A stretch of DNA of 51,788 nt from the IMG/VR virus record IMGVR_UViG_3300044840_000008, positions 1 through 51,788 of that record; one strand, written 5' to 3'. Position 1 is the stretch's first letter, and each line of letters begins with the position of its first letter. A model generated the notes under the pieces. It had not been told where the DNA came from. It searched no databases and saw nothing but the letters and a program-made list of their open reading frames with translations. The stretch comes from a virus (lineage: Duplodnaviria; Caudoviricetes). A program made the translations under genes and the position numbers. Shown here piece by piece: positions 19,499-28,201 of the stretch.

Positions 19499-20341
19499 GT
19501 GCCCATTGAGCCATACCCCACAGTGACGGCGAACGGCCAAGAGTACTGGTCTGTTCCCTGCTTGGTGGCCAAGGAGTCCGACCCGGAGAACGGGGCGTAC
19601 GTCTACTTCGCGAAACCCCTCAACGGGGTGACGGGTATTTCCGGTTTGGTGAAGGGCGACAACGGGAAGCACACCGAATTCCAGGAGGCGGTGGACTTCA
19701 CGTCCCTCGCCTACAACGATGCAACAGCGTCGTCGATGTCGGTCGTTGAGGTCACTCCGGGTAGTGACACGGTCTCCCAGGTCGTCAAGTTGGCTGTCGC
19801 GTTGCACGAGGGTGTACCGGGGGCTGACGGCACCACGTCGCTGGACTTGGACTCCATCACCGGAACTTCGGCGACGGGGAAGTCGATCGTCGTCAACGCA
19901 TCCAATGACGGGTTCGACTACGCCACCCTGTGGACGGGTGGGATGCACTGGCCCGCCACCGTCTCCGAAACCTCCGCGCAGACCGCCGGTGCGACGCTAT
20001 CCACGATCACCGTCGCAACCAACACCTACCTGTCCGACTGGCGGCCGCTGATCCTAGCGTCCACCACCATCAACGGATCAACCACCGACGTGATCGTCGA
20101 CATCATCGCCCGCCTGAATAACGCCACCACGGGCGCGGTCGTCGGTAGGGGGTACGGGATCAACGGCACCAACGACAAACTGGTTCTCAACTCCGGGCCT
20201 GATGCGGGAGCCTCGAGCTCGGTGAACAAGATCAACGCCGGGGATGCTGCCACCATCTACCTCCGTACCGAGAAGCAATCCGGTACCGCTACTTATTCGA
20301 CCAGCCACACACGGTTCAGCTTGGTGGCCGTCCGCGCATGA
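19499..20341 (+). CDS. Minor tail protein
   Basis: AGGAG RBS; Thr-rich; DWRP...DIIARLN...G.VVGRG pattern; gene order. Confidence 0.75.
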   Translation: MPIEPYPTVTANGQEYWSVPCLVAKESDPENGAYVYFAKPLNGVTGISGLVKGDNGKHTEFQEAVDFTSLAYNDATASSMSVVEVTPGSDTVSQVVKLAVALHEGVPGADGTTSLDLDSITGTSATGKSIVVNASNDGFDYATLWTGGMHWPATVSETSAQTAGATLSTITVATNTYLSDWRPLILASTTINGSTTDVIVDIIARLNNATTGAVVGRGYGINGTNDKLVLNSGPDAGASSSVNKINAGDAATIYLRTEKQSGTATYSTSHTRFSLVAVRA

Positions 20342-21594
20342 GTGAGGCGCCTGACTACGCCACTGCGATCCCGAACCTGGCGTCCATTCATACGATGCCC
20401 ACCCTTCCGGGTGAGGCAGGGCAGATCGGGCTGACGCAGGACCAGCTGGAAACCTTCGTCAAGAATTTGATCGAAGGCATCGTCCGGGAAGTCGTCCTCG
20501 ACGTCGTCGGTGTCCTGCTTCCCGGGCCAGCTGCTCAGCAGTTGGCGAACTGGGCCGGGGACATCGTCGACCAATTCTTCAACATCGGAAGCTTGTTCAA
20601 CGGGGTAGACCTGTCCTCCGGCAGTCTGAACCTGTCAGACGTGTGGACCGGCGTCATCAACGTATTCCTCAACCCGCTCAACCTGATCGAACTTGGCGGC
20701 CAGAGTCTCACCAACCTCGCGTCCCTGCTGGGCATCAACATCAACCAGTCCACGGGGACATTCGACCCGATTGATGCGTTGGTCGTCGCTCCCGTCCAGG
20801 GTGTCCTGACGTTGCTCGACAACATGTTCAACGCCACCGCCACCACTACGGGAACGGGGCACACTCAGGATGAGGTTGCGACCGCGTTGACCGGCCAGAC
20901 CGACACCGTTGCCGGTACCGCGTCCACGTTGGCACAAGTGGTCGCCGGATTCGGTGCGGGCACCCCCGACGCCGACGACTTCGAGCGCACCTCCAGCGTG
21001 AACTTGGGTGCGAACTGGATGAACCTGTTTAGCTCCGGGACCGGGCCGTTGGCGACCCCAAATGGGCATGACGCTCACTACGGAGGATCCGCAGAGTACT
21101 TGTCGATCAAGACGGACATTCAAGCCTCCACGGACCACCAAATCGTCTCTGTCATTCTCGCCCAGGCGATTCCGGCGTGGGGATTCTTCACCCCCATCCC
21201 CTTCGGCGGCTACAACGACATCTGGCTTAGGTGTACGAACTTCACCACGTGGGCCACCCGAACGGGAATTAGGCTGAGGATCAACTCTGCCGCGTATGCG
21301 GCGGGTTACAACTTGTCGTGGTTCAATGCCGGAACCGAAACCATCCTCGCCTCCAACTCCATGCCATCGGTACCCGGTACTGGTGCGGTCATCTCATTGG
21401 AAGCTGGCGCGGGCGGCACCAATCTGCGGTTCGTCGCCAGCCTCAACGGTTCACCGTTCATGGACTTCACCGACACTGGCACGTCGTCGTTCGGTGCGTC
21501 GTACCTCTACCGGGGGATGGGTGGAAACACGGGCACTGGCGGCGGCCCCATCCAGGGTTCAGCTGACCTCAAGGGCTGGACGGCGCAGGGATGA
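20338..21594 (+). CDS. Minor tail protein with C-terminal lectin-like beta domain
   Basis: DDFER...LGANW and GASYLYRGMG motifs; ATGA overlap. Confidence 0.75.
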   Translation: MSEAPDYATAIPNLASIHTMPTLPGEAGQIGLTQDQLETFVKNLIEGIVREVVLDVVGVLLPGPAAQQLANWAGDIVDQFFNIGSLFNGVDLSSGSLNLSDVWTGVINVFLNPLNLIELGGQSLTNLASLLGININQSTGTFDPIDALVVAPVQGVLTLLDNMFNATATTTGTGHTQDEVATALTGQTDTVAGTASTLAQVVAGFGAGTPDADDFERTSSVNLGANWMNLFSSGTGPLATPNGHDAHYGGSAEYLSIKTDIQASTDHQIVSVILAQAIPAWGFFTPIPFGGYNDIWLRCTNFTTWATRTGIRLRINSAAYAAGYNLSWFNAGTETILASNSMPSVPGTGAVISLEAGAGGTNLRFVASLNGSPFMDFTDTGTSSFGASYLYRGMGGNTGTGGGPIQGSADLKGWTAQG

Positions 21595-21857
21595 CAAGCC
21601 CGGAAGATCCGCCGCCCGCACCGTCCCCGGAGGATGTACAGAAGTTCATCGAGGACTTCCACAACTCGTACCCGACGCCTGCCGTGCACGAAGGCGTCGA
21701 CAGTCCGATGTTGGTTGCCTTCACGGCCATCCGGCAGTTCGTAGAAGAGGTCCGCGGCACACAAGCCTCCACCACCAACCACGTCGAGACCCTCACGTGG
21801 CTGCACGCCGAGCTCGCGCACGCAGTGAACACACAAGACGATGGAGTTGCCGAATGA
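21591..21857 (+). CDS. Hypothetical tail-region protein
   Basis: ATGA overlaps at both ends. Confidence 0.6.
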   Translation: MTSPEDPPPAPSPEDVQKFIEDFHNSYPTPAVHEGVDSPMLVAFTAIRQFVEEVRGTQASTTNHVETLTWLHAELAHAVNTQDDGVAE

Positions 21858-23902
21858 CTTTGCCTAGCTTCGCCGTTACGGGGAACCTGTTCGACATTCC
21901 CGGGCAGAACGACGGCAGTCACCTCCTCACCACCGGATTGAAGGCGCGCGTCGAGTTCACCCCCAACGTCACCGGCCCGGTGAAGTGGGAAGACGCCAAC
22001 TACTGGATCAAACCGGTCGGGGTGACCGTCAGTTCCGACGGATCGCTCTCCGATGTGGATGCCCCAATCCTGCTACTGGCCAACGACGCCGGGTTGAACG
22101 TCTCCGGCATTCAGTGGACCGCACACATTCTCATCCCCGGCGCGAAGAGTATCGACGTCACCTTCAACGCCCCCGGTGACGGACAGTCCGTGGACTTGGC
22201 GGCGGTAACCCCGGCGCCCGCAGCCCCAGTGGACGGGGATGTGCCCGACATCCCCGACTGGAATGATCTGGGCGGTAAACCGGCGGTCATTGCGGCCGGG
22301 GCGACGCAAGCTCTGGCCCGCACTGCGATAGGCGCTGTCGCGGCAGCTGACATCACCACGGCAGTGAACGCCGTGATCAATGGCGCCCCGGGCGCTTTGG
22401 ACACCCTCAACGAGTTGGCTGCCGCGTTGGGTGACGACGCCAACTTCGCGACTACCGTCACCAATGCTCTTGCCGGGAAGGCGCAGGGATTAACCGCCAC
22501 CGCAGTGAAGACGGCCAACTACACGGCGGCCGTTGGGGATCTGGTGCTCGTCGATGCATCATCTGGGGCGATAACGATCACCGCCCCAACGGCACCGGCG
22601 GACAAGTCGCGGATCGGTGTGAAGCTCATCAGCGTGTCCGTCCTGAATGCCGGGTTCGCCGCTACGCTCACCCGTGGCGGCTCGACTGACGTCTTCAACA
22701 AAGCCAGCGGTTCTACATCGCTGACGTTGGATGACCAAAACCAGGTGATGATCTGTCAGTACATTGCCGCTACCGGCGTGTGGGTGGTGGAGGACAACCC
22801 ATCACGGGCTTCGCTGGATGCGCGGTATCTGCCGGGGAATCTGAAGGTCAACTTCGCCGGGAAAGCCAACTCCTCTTCTGTTCCGAAGCTGTTCGACACA
22901 CTGCAGCCATTGTCCGAGCTCGTTGGTGTGGGCACGAATTCGCAGGGCATCGTCAACAACGGTGCCTACACGTTCGCCCCGACCAACTCGTCTGGCTCAG
23001 CGGCGGACTATCTCCGCTTCCAACTGCCTGCGAACATCACTAGGGGAAGGCTCACGTACCAGTTGGCTGGTGCGGGTGGGGTGTGCATGGCCTTCGGTAA
23101 GCAGGCCATCGCCGCAGGCCAGGTTCCTGACTTGTCGCAGCACCTTTCGATGGGTTCCACCAACTTCAGCCTCGGCTACTGGGACGGCCCCACCGGCGGC
23201 AACACGGGATTCCATTCGCTGAACACGACGTCGTGGACGACGTACGGGCAGGCCCCCACCCTCGACGGGTTCACCACCTACACAGTGGAAACCGTGCACG
23301 TCGGGAGCAAGATTTACATTTTCCTGCCCGACGGGTCTTCGATCTGGGTGACCAACGCGGCCGTCTCCGGCAACGCGGGACCGTACGGGTTCATCGAGTG
23401 CTTCAACAACGTGGGCACCGATGCCCCTGCAAGGATCGTCAGCTTTGAGGCGTGGACTGGTGTGCAGCCGGTCCCGTTGAACCGTCCGTGGGTGTTGTCC
23501 CGCAGAGCCGTCACGACCACCACCACCACACTGACCGCCTCTACCCCCACGAACCCAGCGGGGATCGTGTCCAACACGTTCCTCGCCCCGGCTACCGGGG
23601 CGATCAAGTGCACCATGTCGGTGTTCTTCAACGTCGTCACCGCCGGCAACATTTTCATGGGCTGCATCCCGTATGCGACCGGCTCATCGAGGTTTGGTGG
23701 GGCGTATTACGACCAGGTGCAATCCACGTCGGGTGTGCAGATGCGGACGGTGGTGCAGATCCTCACCGGCCTGACTCCGGGGCAGTGGTACACCGTTCTG
23801 CCGGAGGTGATGTCCACCGCGTCGGACACGCAGTACCTCATCAACACCGCGCAGGGCAAGTACCACTCGCTGACCGTCGAACCGTATCTGGGTGCGGCAT
23901 GA
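21854..23902 (+). CDS. Tail fibre / receptor-binding minor tail protein (682 aa)
   Basis: GGAG RBS and ATGA overlap; W.DLGGKP, ARTAIGA, APGALDTLNELAAALGDDANFATTVTNALAGK fibre motif; beta-rich C-terminus. Confidence 0.8.
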   Translation: MTLPSFAVTGNLFDIPGQNDGSHLLTTGLKARVEFTPNVTGPVKWEDANYWIKPVGVTVSSDGSLSDVDAPILLLANDAGLNVSGIQWTAHILIPGAKSIDVTFNAPGDGQSVDLAAVTPAPAAPVDGDVPDIPDWNDLGGKPAVIAAGATQALARTAIGAVAAADITTAVNAVINGAPGALDTLNELAAALGDDANFATTVTNALAGKAQGLTATAVKTANYTAAVGDLVLVDASSGAITITAPTAPADKSRIGVKLISVSVLNAGFAATLTRGGSTDVFNKASGSTSLTLDDQNQVMICQYIAATGVWVVEDNPSRASLDARYLPGNLKVNFAGKANSSSVPKLFDTLQPLSELVGVGTNSQGIVNNGAYTFAPTNSSGSAADYLRFQLPANITRGRLTYQLAGAGGVCMAFGKQAIAAGQVPDLSQHLSMGSTNFSLGYWDGPTGGNTGFHSLNTTSWTTYGQAPTLDGFTTYTVETVHVGSKIYIFLPDGSSIWVTNAAVSGNAGPYGFIECFNNVGTDAPARIVSFEAWTGVQPVPLNRPWVLSRRAVTTTTTTLTASTPTNPAGIVSNTFLAPATGAIKCTMSVFFNVVTAGNIFMGCIPYATGSSRFGGAYYDQVQSTSGVQMRTVVQILTGLTPGQWYTVLPEVMSTASDTQYLINTAQGKYHSLTVEPYLGAA

Positions 23903-23991
23903 CCATCGGGCTCCTCATCATGGCCGGGCTGTGGCTGGTCGTGAAAGTGGTTGCCGCCAAGGAACACATCGAAGGGTTGACCAATGGCTAA
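23899..23991 (+). CDS. 30-aa membrane microprotein
   Basis: ATGA overlap; MTIGLLIMAGLWLVVKVVAAKEHIEGLTNG. Confidence 0.4.
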   Translation: MTIGLLIMAGLWLVVKVVAAKEHIEGLTNG

Positions 23992-24139
23992 CTTCCCCGA
24001 TTGGGCGTGCGGTGAATGCGCTGTCATGCAGGACGGTGACGCCGACCGCGACATCCACAACGACCAGGCCATCTGCGCGAAGTGCGTGAAGAAGTTGGGT
24101 AAGAAGATCACCCGCCCCGAGGGGATCGAAGCACCCTAG
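23984..24139 (+). CDS. 51-aa CxxC...CxxC microprotein
   Basis: GAAGGG RBS; MANFPDWACGECAVM...AICAKCVKK. Confidence 0.55.
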   Translation: MANFPDWACGECAVMQDGDADRDIHNDQAICAKCVKKLGKKITRPEGIEAP

Positions 24140-24154
24140 CTCGGGAGGTCCGCA

Positions 24155-24280
24155 ATGGCGCGGTATGGCTTCGGCTGCCTCATCGGCTGCTTCCTTGGCG
24201 TCCTTTGCGCTGCCGTGGCTGGGGGCTGCTGGCTGATTTTCGGTGGCGAGACCTTCGTCGACCACTTCATCGACTTCTAA
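24155..24280 (+). CDS. 41-aa membrane microprotein
   Basis: GGGAGG RBS; MARYGFGCLIGCFLGVLCAAVAGGCWLIFGG... Confidence 0.55.
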   Translation: MARYGFGCLIGCFLGVLCAAVAGGCWLIFGGETFVDHFIDF

Positions 24281-24285
24281 CTTTC

Positions 24286-24311
24286 CCCGCTACCGACTGG
24301 TAGCGGGTCTT
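24286..24311 (+). terminator. Hairpin between the tail and lysis regions
   Basis: CCCGCTACC-gact-GGTAGCGGG followed by TCTT. Confidence 0.55.
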
Positions 24312-24333
24312 CGCCATGCCTGAAAGGACCCAC

Positions 24334-25530
24334 GTGTTCACCAGTTACATCCGTCGCCCCCGCACATCGAACCCCGTCTCACTCACCCCGAGACAGGTCG
24401 CCACCGCGTATCACTTCCCGCTCGACAAGGCCACGGGGAAGGGGTACACGGGCGGGATCATCGAGCTCGGCGGCGGCTACACCCTCAAGCAAGTAGACCA
24501 GTACTTCACCCAGCAGGGTTTACACGCGCCAACATTCGTGTCCGTACCCGTCGCGGGAGGGTCGAACACCGAGGACGGTGTCGACGGTGCCGACGGGGAA
24601 GTGCAGCTCGACATGATCGTCGCCGGAGCAATAGCAACGGGTGCGACGTTCCGCGTGTACTTCGCGGGAAACACCGACGCCGACTTCCTTGCCGCTTTGA
24701 AGCAGGCAACGGGTGAGTGTGACGGCGTCTCCATATCTTGGGGCGCAGCGGAATCCGATTGGTCCGCGACGGTGATGGATCAGTTCGAAACCGTCATCAA
24801 ATCCGCTAGAGCCAAGGGTGTCCCGGTGTTCGCCGCGGCCGGTGACTCGGGGTCGAAGGACTCCACCACGTCCAATCAGACTGACTTCCCAGCATCCTCC
24901 CCAAGCGCGATTGGTTGCGGCGGAACCCGGCTCACTCTCAATGCTGACGGTTCGCGTGCCGCAGAGGTGACGTGGGACGACTCAGACACCCAATCCGCAA
25001 CCGGCGGCGGAGTATCCAAACACTTCCCCGGTAGGGACGTTCCCGACGTTGCAGGCAACGCCGACCCCAACTCGGGTTACGAAATCCTCATCGACGGACA
25101 GTCCGAGGTCATTGGGGGAACCAGTGCCGTCGCCCCGTTGATGCTCGGCTTGCACGCTCTGTTGTGGGAGTTGAACGGTGGGAAGGGCTTCGACTTCCTC
25201 AACCTCATCGTCACGAACCCGCAGAGTTGTTTCGACGTCACGGCGGGAGACAACGGCGGATACCGTGCCGGGCCTGGCAGGGATGAAGTCACCGGGTTCG
25301 GTGTACCCGACGGCGGCCTGTTGGCTGCTGCACTGCTTGGGGGAGTAGCACCACCGGCACCACCAGTCCCGCCGGTGAATCCGCCGGCCACCACGTTCCC
25401 GGTCGCCGCAATCAACGCATGGCTGACCCACAAGCACGACTACACCAAACCCGAAGCCGCCGCAGCCGCCGCGATCATCGCTTGGGCGCCATCCGCAGGA
25501 ATCACCCTGGGCCCGTTGGTGGTCAGGTGA
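24334..25530 (+). CDS. S53-family (sedolisin/kumamolisin-like) serine-carboxyl protease, catalytic domain only
   Basis: GAAAGGA RBS before GTG24334; IIELGGG, DGEVQLD (Glu/Asp), SISWG, AAGDSG (oxyanion Asp), DFPASSP, CGGTRL, ATGGGVS, PDVAGNADP, GGTSAVAP (Ser), FDVTAG and AGPGRD..TG.G.P Ca-site. Confidence 0.93.
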   Translation: MFTSYIRRPRTSNPVSLTPRQVATAYHFPLDKATGKGYTGGIIELGGGYTLKQVDQYFTQQGLHAPTFVSVPVAGGSNTEDGVDGADGEVQLDMIVAGAIATGATFRVYFAGNTDADFLAALKQATGECDGVSISWGAAESDWSATVMDQFETVIKSARAKGVPVFAAAGDSGSKDSTTSNQTDFPASSPSAIGCGGTRLTLNADGSRAAEVTWDDSDTQSATGGGVSKHFPGRDVPDVAGNADPNSGYEILIDGQSEVIGGTSAVAPLMLGLHALLWELNGGKGFDFLNLIVTNPQSCFDVTAGDNGGYRAGPGRDEVTGFGVPDGGLLAAALLGGVAPPAPPVPPVNPPATTFPVAAINAWLTHKHDYTKPEAAAAAAIIAWAPSAGITLGPLVVR

Positions 25531-25676
25531 TCGAGGACCGCTGCATCATCGACGGCTGCCCCGCCTGCGACCACCAGTCGCTCAGAGCGGCGTTCAAGCA
25601 GTTCCGCTACGTCCTACGTGCTTGGACCCTCCATCGCCTCTTCCAAGCCCGCGCACTGTGGCGCGGCCACACCTAA
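25527..25676 (+). CDS. 49-aa hypothetical protein
   Basis: GTGA overlap with the protease stop; MIEDRCIIDGCPACDH... Confidence 0.5.
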   Translation: MIEDRCIIDGCPACDHQSLRAAFKQFRYVLRAWTLHRLFQARALWRGHT

Positions 25677-25692
25677 ACCGAAAGGCCCTACC

Positions 25693-26022
25693 GTGCAGAA
25701 CTTCCTCGTATCAATCTTGGTCAAGCTGCTGTCCGATCCCAAGGTCCAGGCGTTCCTGATGCAGATCGTCGACCGCCTCGCCGAAACCCTCCTACCGAAG
25801 TTGGCCGCAGTAATCCCCGCAGCCGTAGCCGCCGGGATCAAAGGCCTGGGTGGGCTCATCCCCGACATCCATTTGCCGGGGTTGGACAACATCACCGAGA
25901 CCATCCGCAGCGACGTCAACGCCCTACTCCCCGAGGACATCGACATCCCGATCCTTTCGGATGCCTTCGAGAAGATCACCGGCCTTGACCTCACCGACAT
26001 CCTCACGGGACGCCAGAAGTAA
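25693..26022 (+). CDS. Ms6 Gp1-like lysis accessory (lysin export chaperone-like)
   Basis: Directly upstream of lysin A; amphipathic Leu/Ile/Asp/Pro-rich sequence (IVDRLAETLLP, DIPILS) resembling Ms6 Gp1 as I recall it. Confidence 0.55.
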   Translation: MQNFLVSILVKLLSDPKVQAFLMQIVDRLAETLLPKLAAVIPAAVAAGIKGLGGLIPDIHLPGLDNITETIRSDVNALLPEDIDIPILSDAFEKITGLDLTDILTGRQK

Positions 26023-27866
26023 TGGCAGTCCGCGTTGTCAACGGCAACACCAGCACTGAGGATGGATGGCCGCTAGTCGACCAGGCTGGATGTACGTGGA
26101 TCACCGTCCCCGGCACCAACCCGAAGGTGACGATCCAGGTCCAGACGGGCATCCCGGCCGTGCTACTCGGCGCGTGGGAAGCGGACTGGAACGCGTACAT
26201 CGAGCCGCTCGAGGACCCCACCACCGGATGCTGGACCGAAGGTAACTCGGTACTAGGTCAGCCCGGCGAGAACAACGGGTCGAACCACCTCGGGGGCACA
26301 GCTGTTGACAGCTGCTGGGAGCGGCACCCCATGGGGCCGGAAGCCCCCAGCGCGGCATCTGGTTTCTCGCAGGCGCAGTACGACGAGATGCAGCGCATGA
26401 AGGCGTACTACACCTTCACCGCGAAGGACGGGCGCGTCATCCAACTCGTCTGGTGGGCCAACGACTGGGACACCCCCCACGACAGTATGCACAGCCAAAT
26501 GGGCTACTACACATACCAGTACCGCGGCGAAGTGCAGGACTGGATCAACACCCACATCCGTGCTGACGACTTCTCAACCTACCGGCGGGGCAACGCTCCA
26601 CCGCCGCCCATTGGTCTGACCGCGCGGAACCTTTCGGATGCAATGGGTGGCGCTGTCTCCCTCGACCGCTACGCGCAGCTGCTCCCCGGCTACCGGGCGG
26701 CGTGCGTTGAAGCTGGGCTATCGGGGAACCTGAACCGGCTGGCCATGTTCGCGGCTCAGTTGGGTGAGGAGTCCGGCGGCCTGAAGTGGATGGAAGAGAT
26801 TGCGTCCGGCTCGGAGTACGAGGGCCGTTCGGATCTGGGGAACACCCAACCGGGCGACGGGGTGCGGTTCAAGGGCCGCGGACCCATCCAAATCACGGGC
26901 CGCAACAACTACTCGCAACTGTCCCAGTGGGCGTTCGGCAAGGGCTACGTCCCGTCTCCGACGTTCTTCGTGGACAACCCAACTCAACTCTCCACCGACC
27001 AGTACGGGTTCCTCGGACCGGTCTGGTACTGGACTGTCGCCCGCCCACAGATCAACTCCCTCTGCGATGCGGGGGACATCGTCGGCGTCACCAAAGCCAT
27101 CAACGGTGGCACCAACGGCCTTCAGGACCGCACCAACCGGTGGAACCACTGCCTAGCCATGGGGTTAGCGCAACTCGACGTACAAGGCACCACAGGCCCG
27201 ACACCCGACACAGGAGATGATGACTTGAGCGCCGAAGCCGAACGCATGATCAAGGAACTCTACGACGAGTACCGCAAGGAAAAGACAGGTCCTTCAAGGT
27301 CGTTCATGGTGCCCGACGGGAATCCCGTCGACTCGCCGCTGGGGTTCCTCTGGAACATCGACGGCAACGTCGAGAACATCAACATCACACTCGGCTACCT
27401 GTTCGGCACGACATTGGCGGAGGAATTCGTCAACACGGTTGCCAGCACGGGCGTCGCGCCAGCGTCCTGGGCAGGCAACGTCAACCGAGCATGGCTGCAG
27501 CAGTACGGCCAGCAATGGTGCCTGGGTCTCATTGATTTCAGGGCGGCCATACAGACGGCTCTCCAGAGCGCAGGTGCTGTGCCGGTCGTCAACAACGCAG
27601 CGCCAACCATCGTCACTGCGTCGATCACACCCGCTCAAGCTCAGGACATCGCCAACAGGATCGGCCAGCAGATCGCAATCCCGGCCACCCCGCCTGCCGC
27701 GACAGTGCCAGCGGTCGTCGACAGTCCGGCCGGTTTGGGAGACATCGTGAAGACGGTCGTCGACGCGGTGGAGCAACTGAAACTCTCCGATGCGCTATCG
27801 ACCCAGGACTACGCCACCCTCGCAGCCTCTATCAAGATCCTCGAAATGAAGAACGGAACCGCATGA
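26022..27866 (+). CDS. lysA: Lysin A (M15-like peptidase + GH19 glycoside hydrolase + C-terminal domain)
   Basis: SNHLGGTAVD...DSMH peptidase motifs; AQLGEESGGL, YEGRSDLGN, FKGRGPIQITGRNNY, TKAINGG.NG GH19 motifs. Confidence 0.95.
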   Translation: MAVRVVNGNTSTEDGWPLVDQAGCTWITVPGTNPKVTIQVQTGIPAVLLGAWEADWNAYIEPLEDPTTGCWTEGNSVLGQPGENNGSNHLGGTAVDSCWERHPMGPEAPSAASGFSQAQYDEMQRMKAYYTFTAKDGRVIQLVWWANDWDTPHDSMHSQMGYYTYQYRGEVQDWINTHIRADDFSTYRRGNAPPPPIGLTARNLSDAMGGAVSLDRYAQLLPGYRAACVEAGLSGNLNRLAMFAAQLGEESGGLKWMEEIASGSEYEGRSDLGNTQPGDGVRFKGRGPIQITGRNNYSQLSQWAFGKGYVPSPTFFVDNPTQLSTDQYGFLGPVWYWTVARPQINSLCDAGDIVGVTKAINGGTNGLQDRTNRWNHCLAMGLAQLDVQGTTGPTPDTGDDDLSAEAERMIKELYDEYRKEKTGPSRSFMVPDGNPVDSPLGFLWNIDGNVENINITLGYLFGTTLAEEFVNTVASTGVAPASWAGNVNRAWLQQYGQQWCLGLIDFRAAIQTALQSAGAVPVVNNAAPTIVTASITPAQAQDIANRIGQQIAIPATPPAATVPAVVDSPAGLGDIVKTVVDAVEQLKLSDALSTQDYATLAASIKILEMKNGTA

Positions 27867-28201
27867 GCACACCACTGAACATCGACACCATCGTGCCCAC
27901 CAAGTGGAAGGGTCTGGTCGCGCTCATCGGCACAGGACTGAGCTTTCTGGTGCCTTACATCATTCAGGTGGAGCAGTTCCTGCCGTCGCCGTGGCCGGCA
28001 GTCATCGGCGCCGTGCTCTGGGTGCTGACCGTCAGCGGTGTCGTACGCGCCCCGTACGTACCTACAGGTGCTGTGCTGGCACCGAACACCCCTGCCGTCG
28101 CCGTGGCAGCGCAGCAAGCCGTCACGCAGGCGGCAGTCTCGCAGGCTCAGCCCACGTCAAAGGGTGGCTGGACGAGCCCCTACCCACGCCCGCGCCCGTG
28201 A
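27863..28201 (+). CDS. Holin
   Basis: Two TM segments (WKGLVALIG..., VIGAVLWVLTVSGV); between lysin A and lysin B. Confidence 0.8.
   Translation: MSTPLNIDTIVPTKWKGLVALIGTGLSFLVPYIIQVEQFLPSPWPAVIGAVLWVLTVSGVVRAPYVPTGAVLAPNTPAVAVAAQQAVTQAAVSQAQPTSKGGWTSPYPRPRP

Noticed and set aside
21854-23902. Diversity-generating retroelement or invertible tail fibre cassette
   Set aside because: No reverse transcriptase, template/variable repeat pair or invertase seen in the window
24334-25530. S53 protease as the capsid maturation protease
   Set aside because: A canonical HK97-family prohead protease is already encoded at 5075-6016 next to the capsid gene
15701-28197. Long upstream starts in the ORF track (15701, 21296, 27904)
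   Set aside because: They overlap preceding genes by hundreds of bases; coupled starts at 15953, 21854 and 28198 fit better
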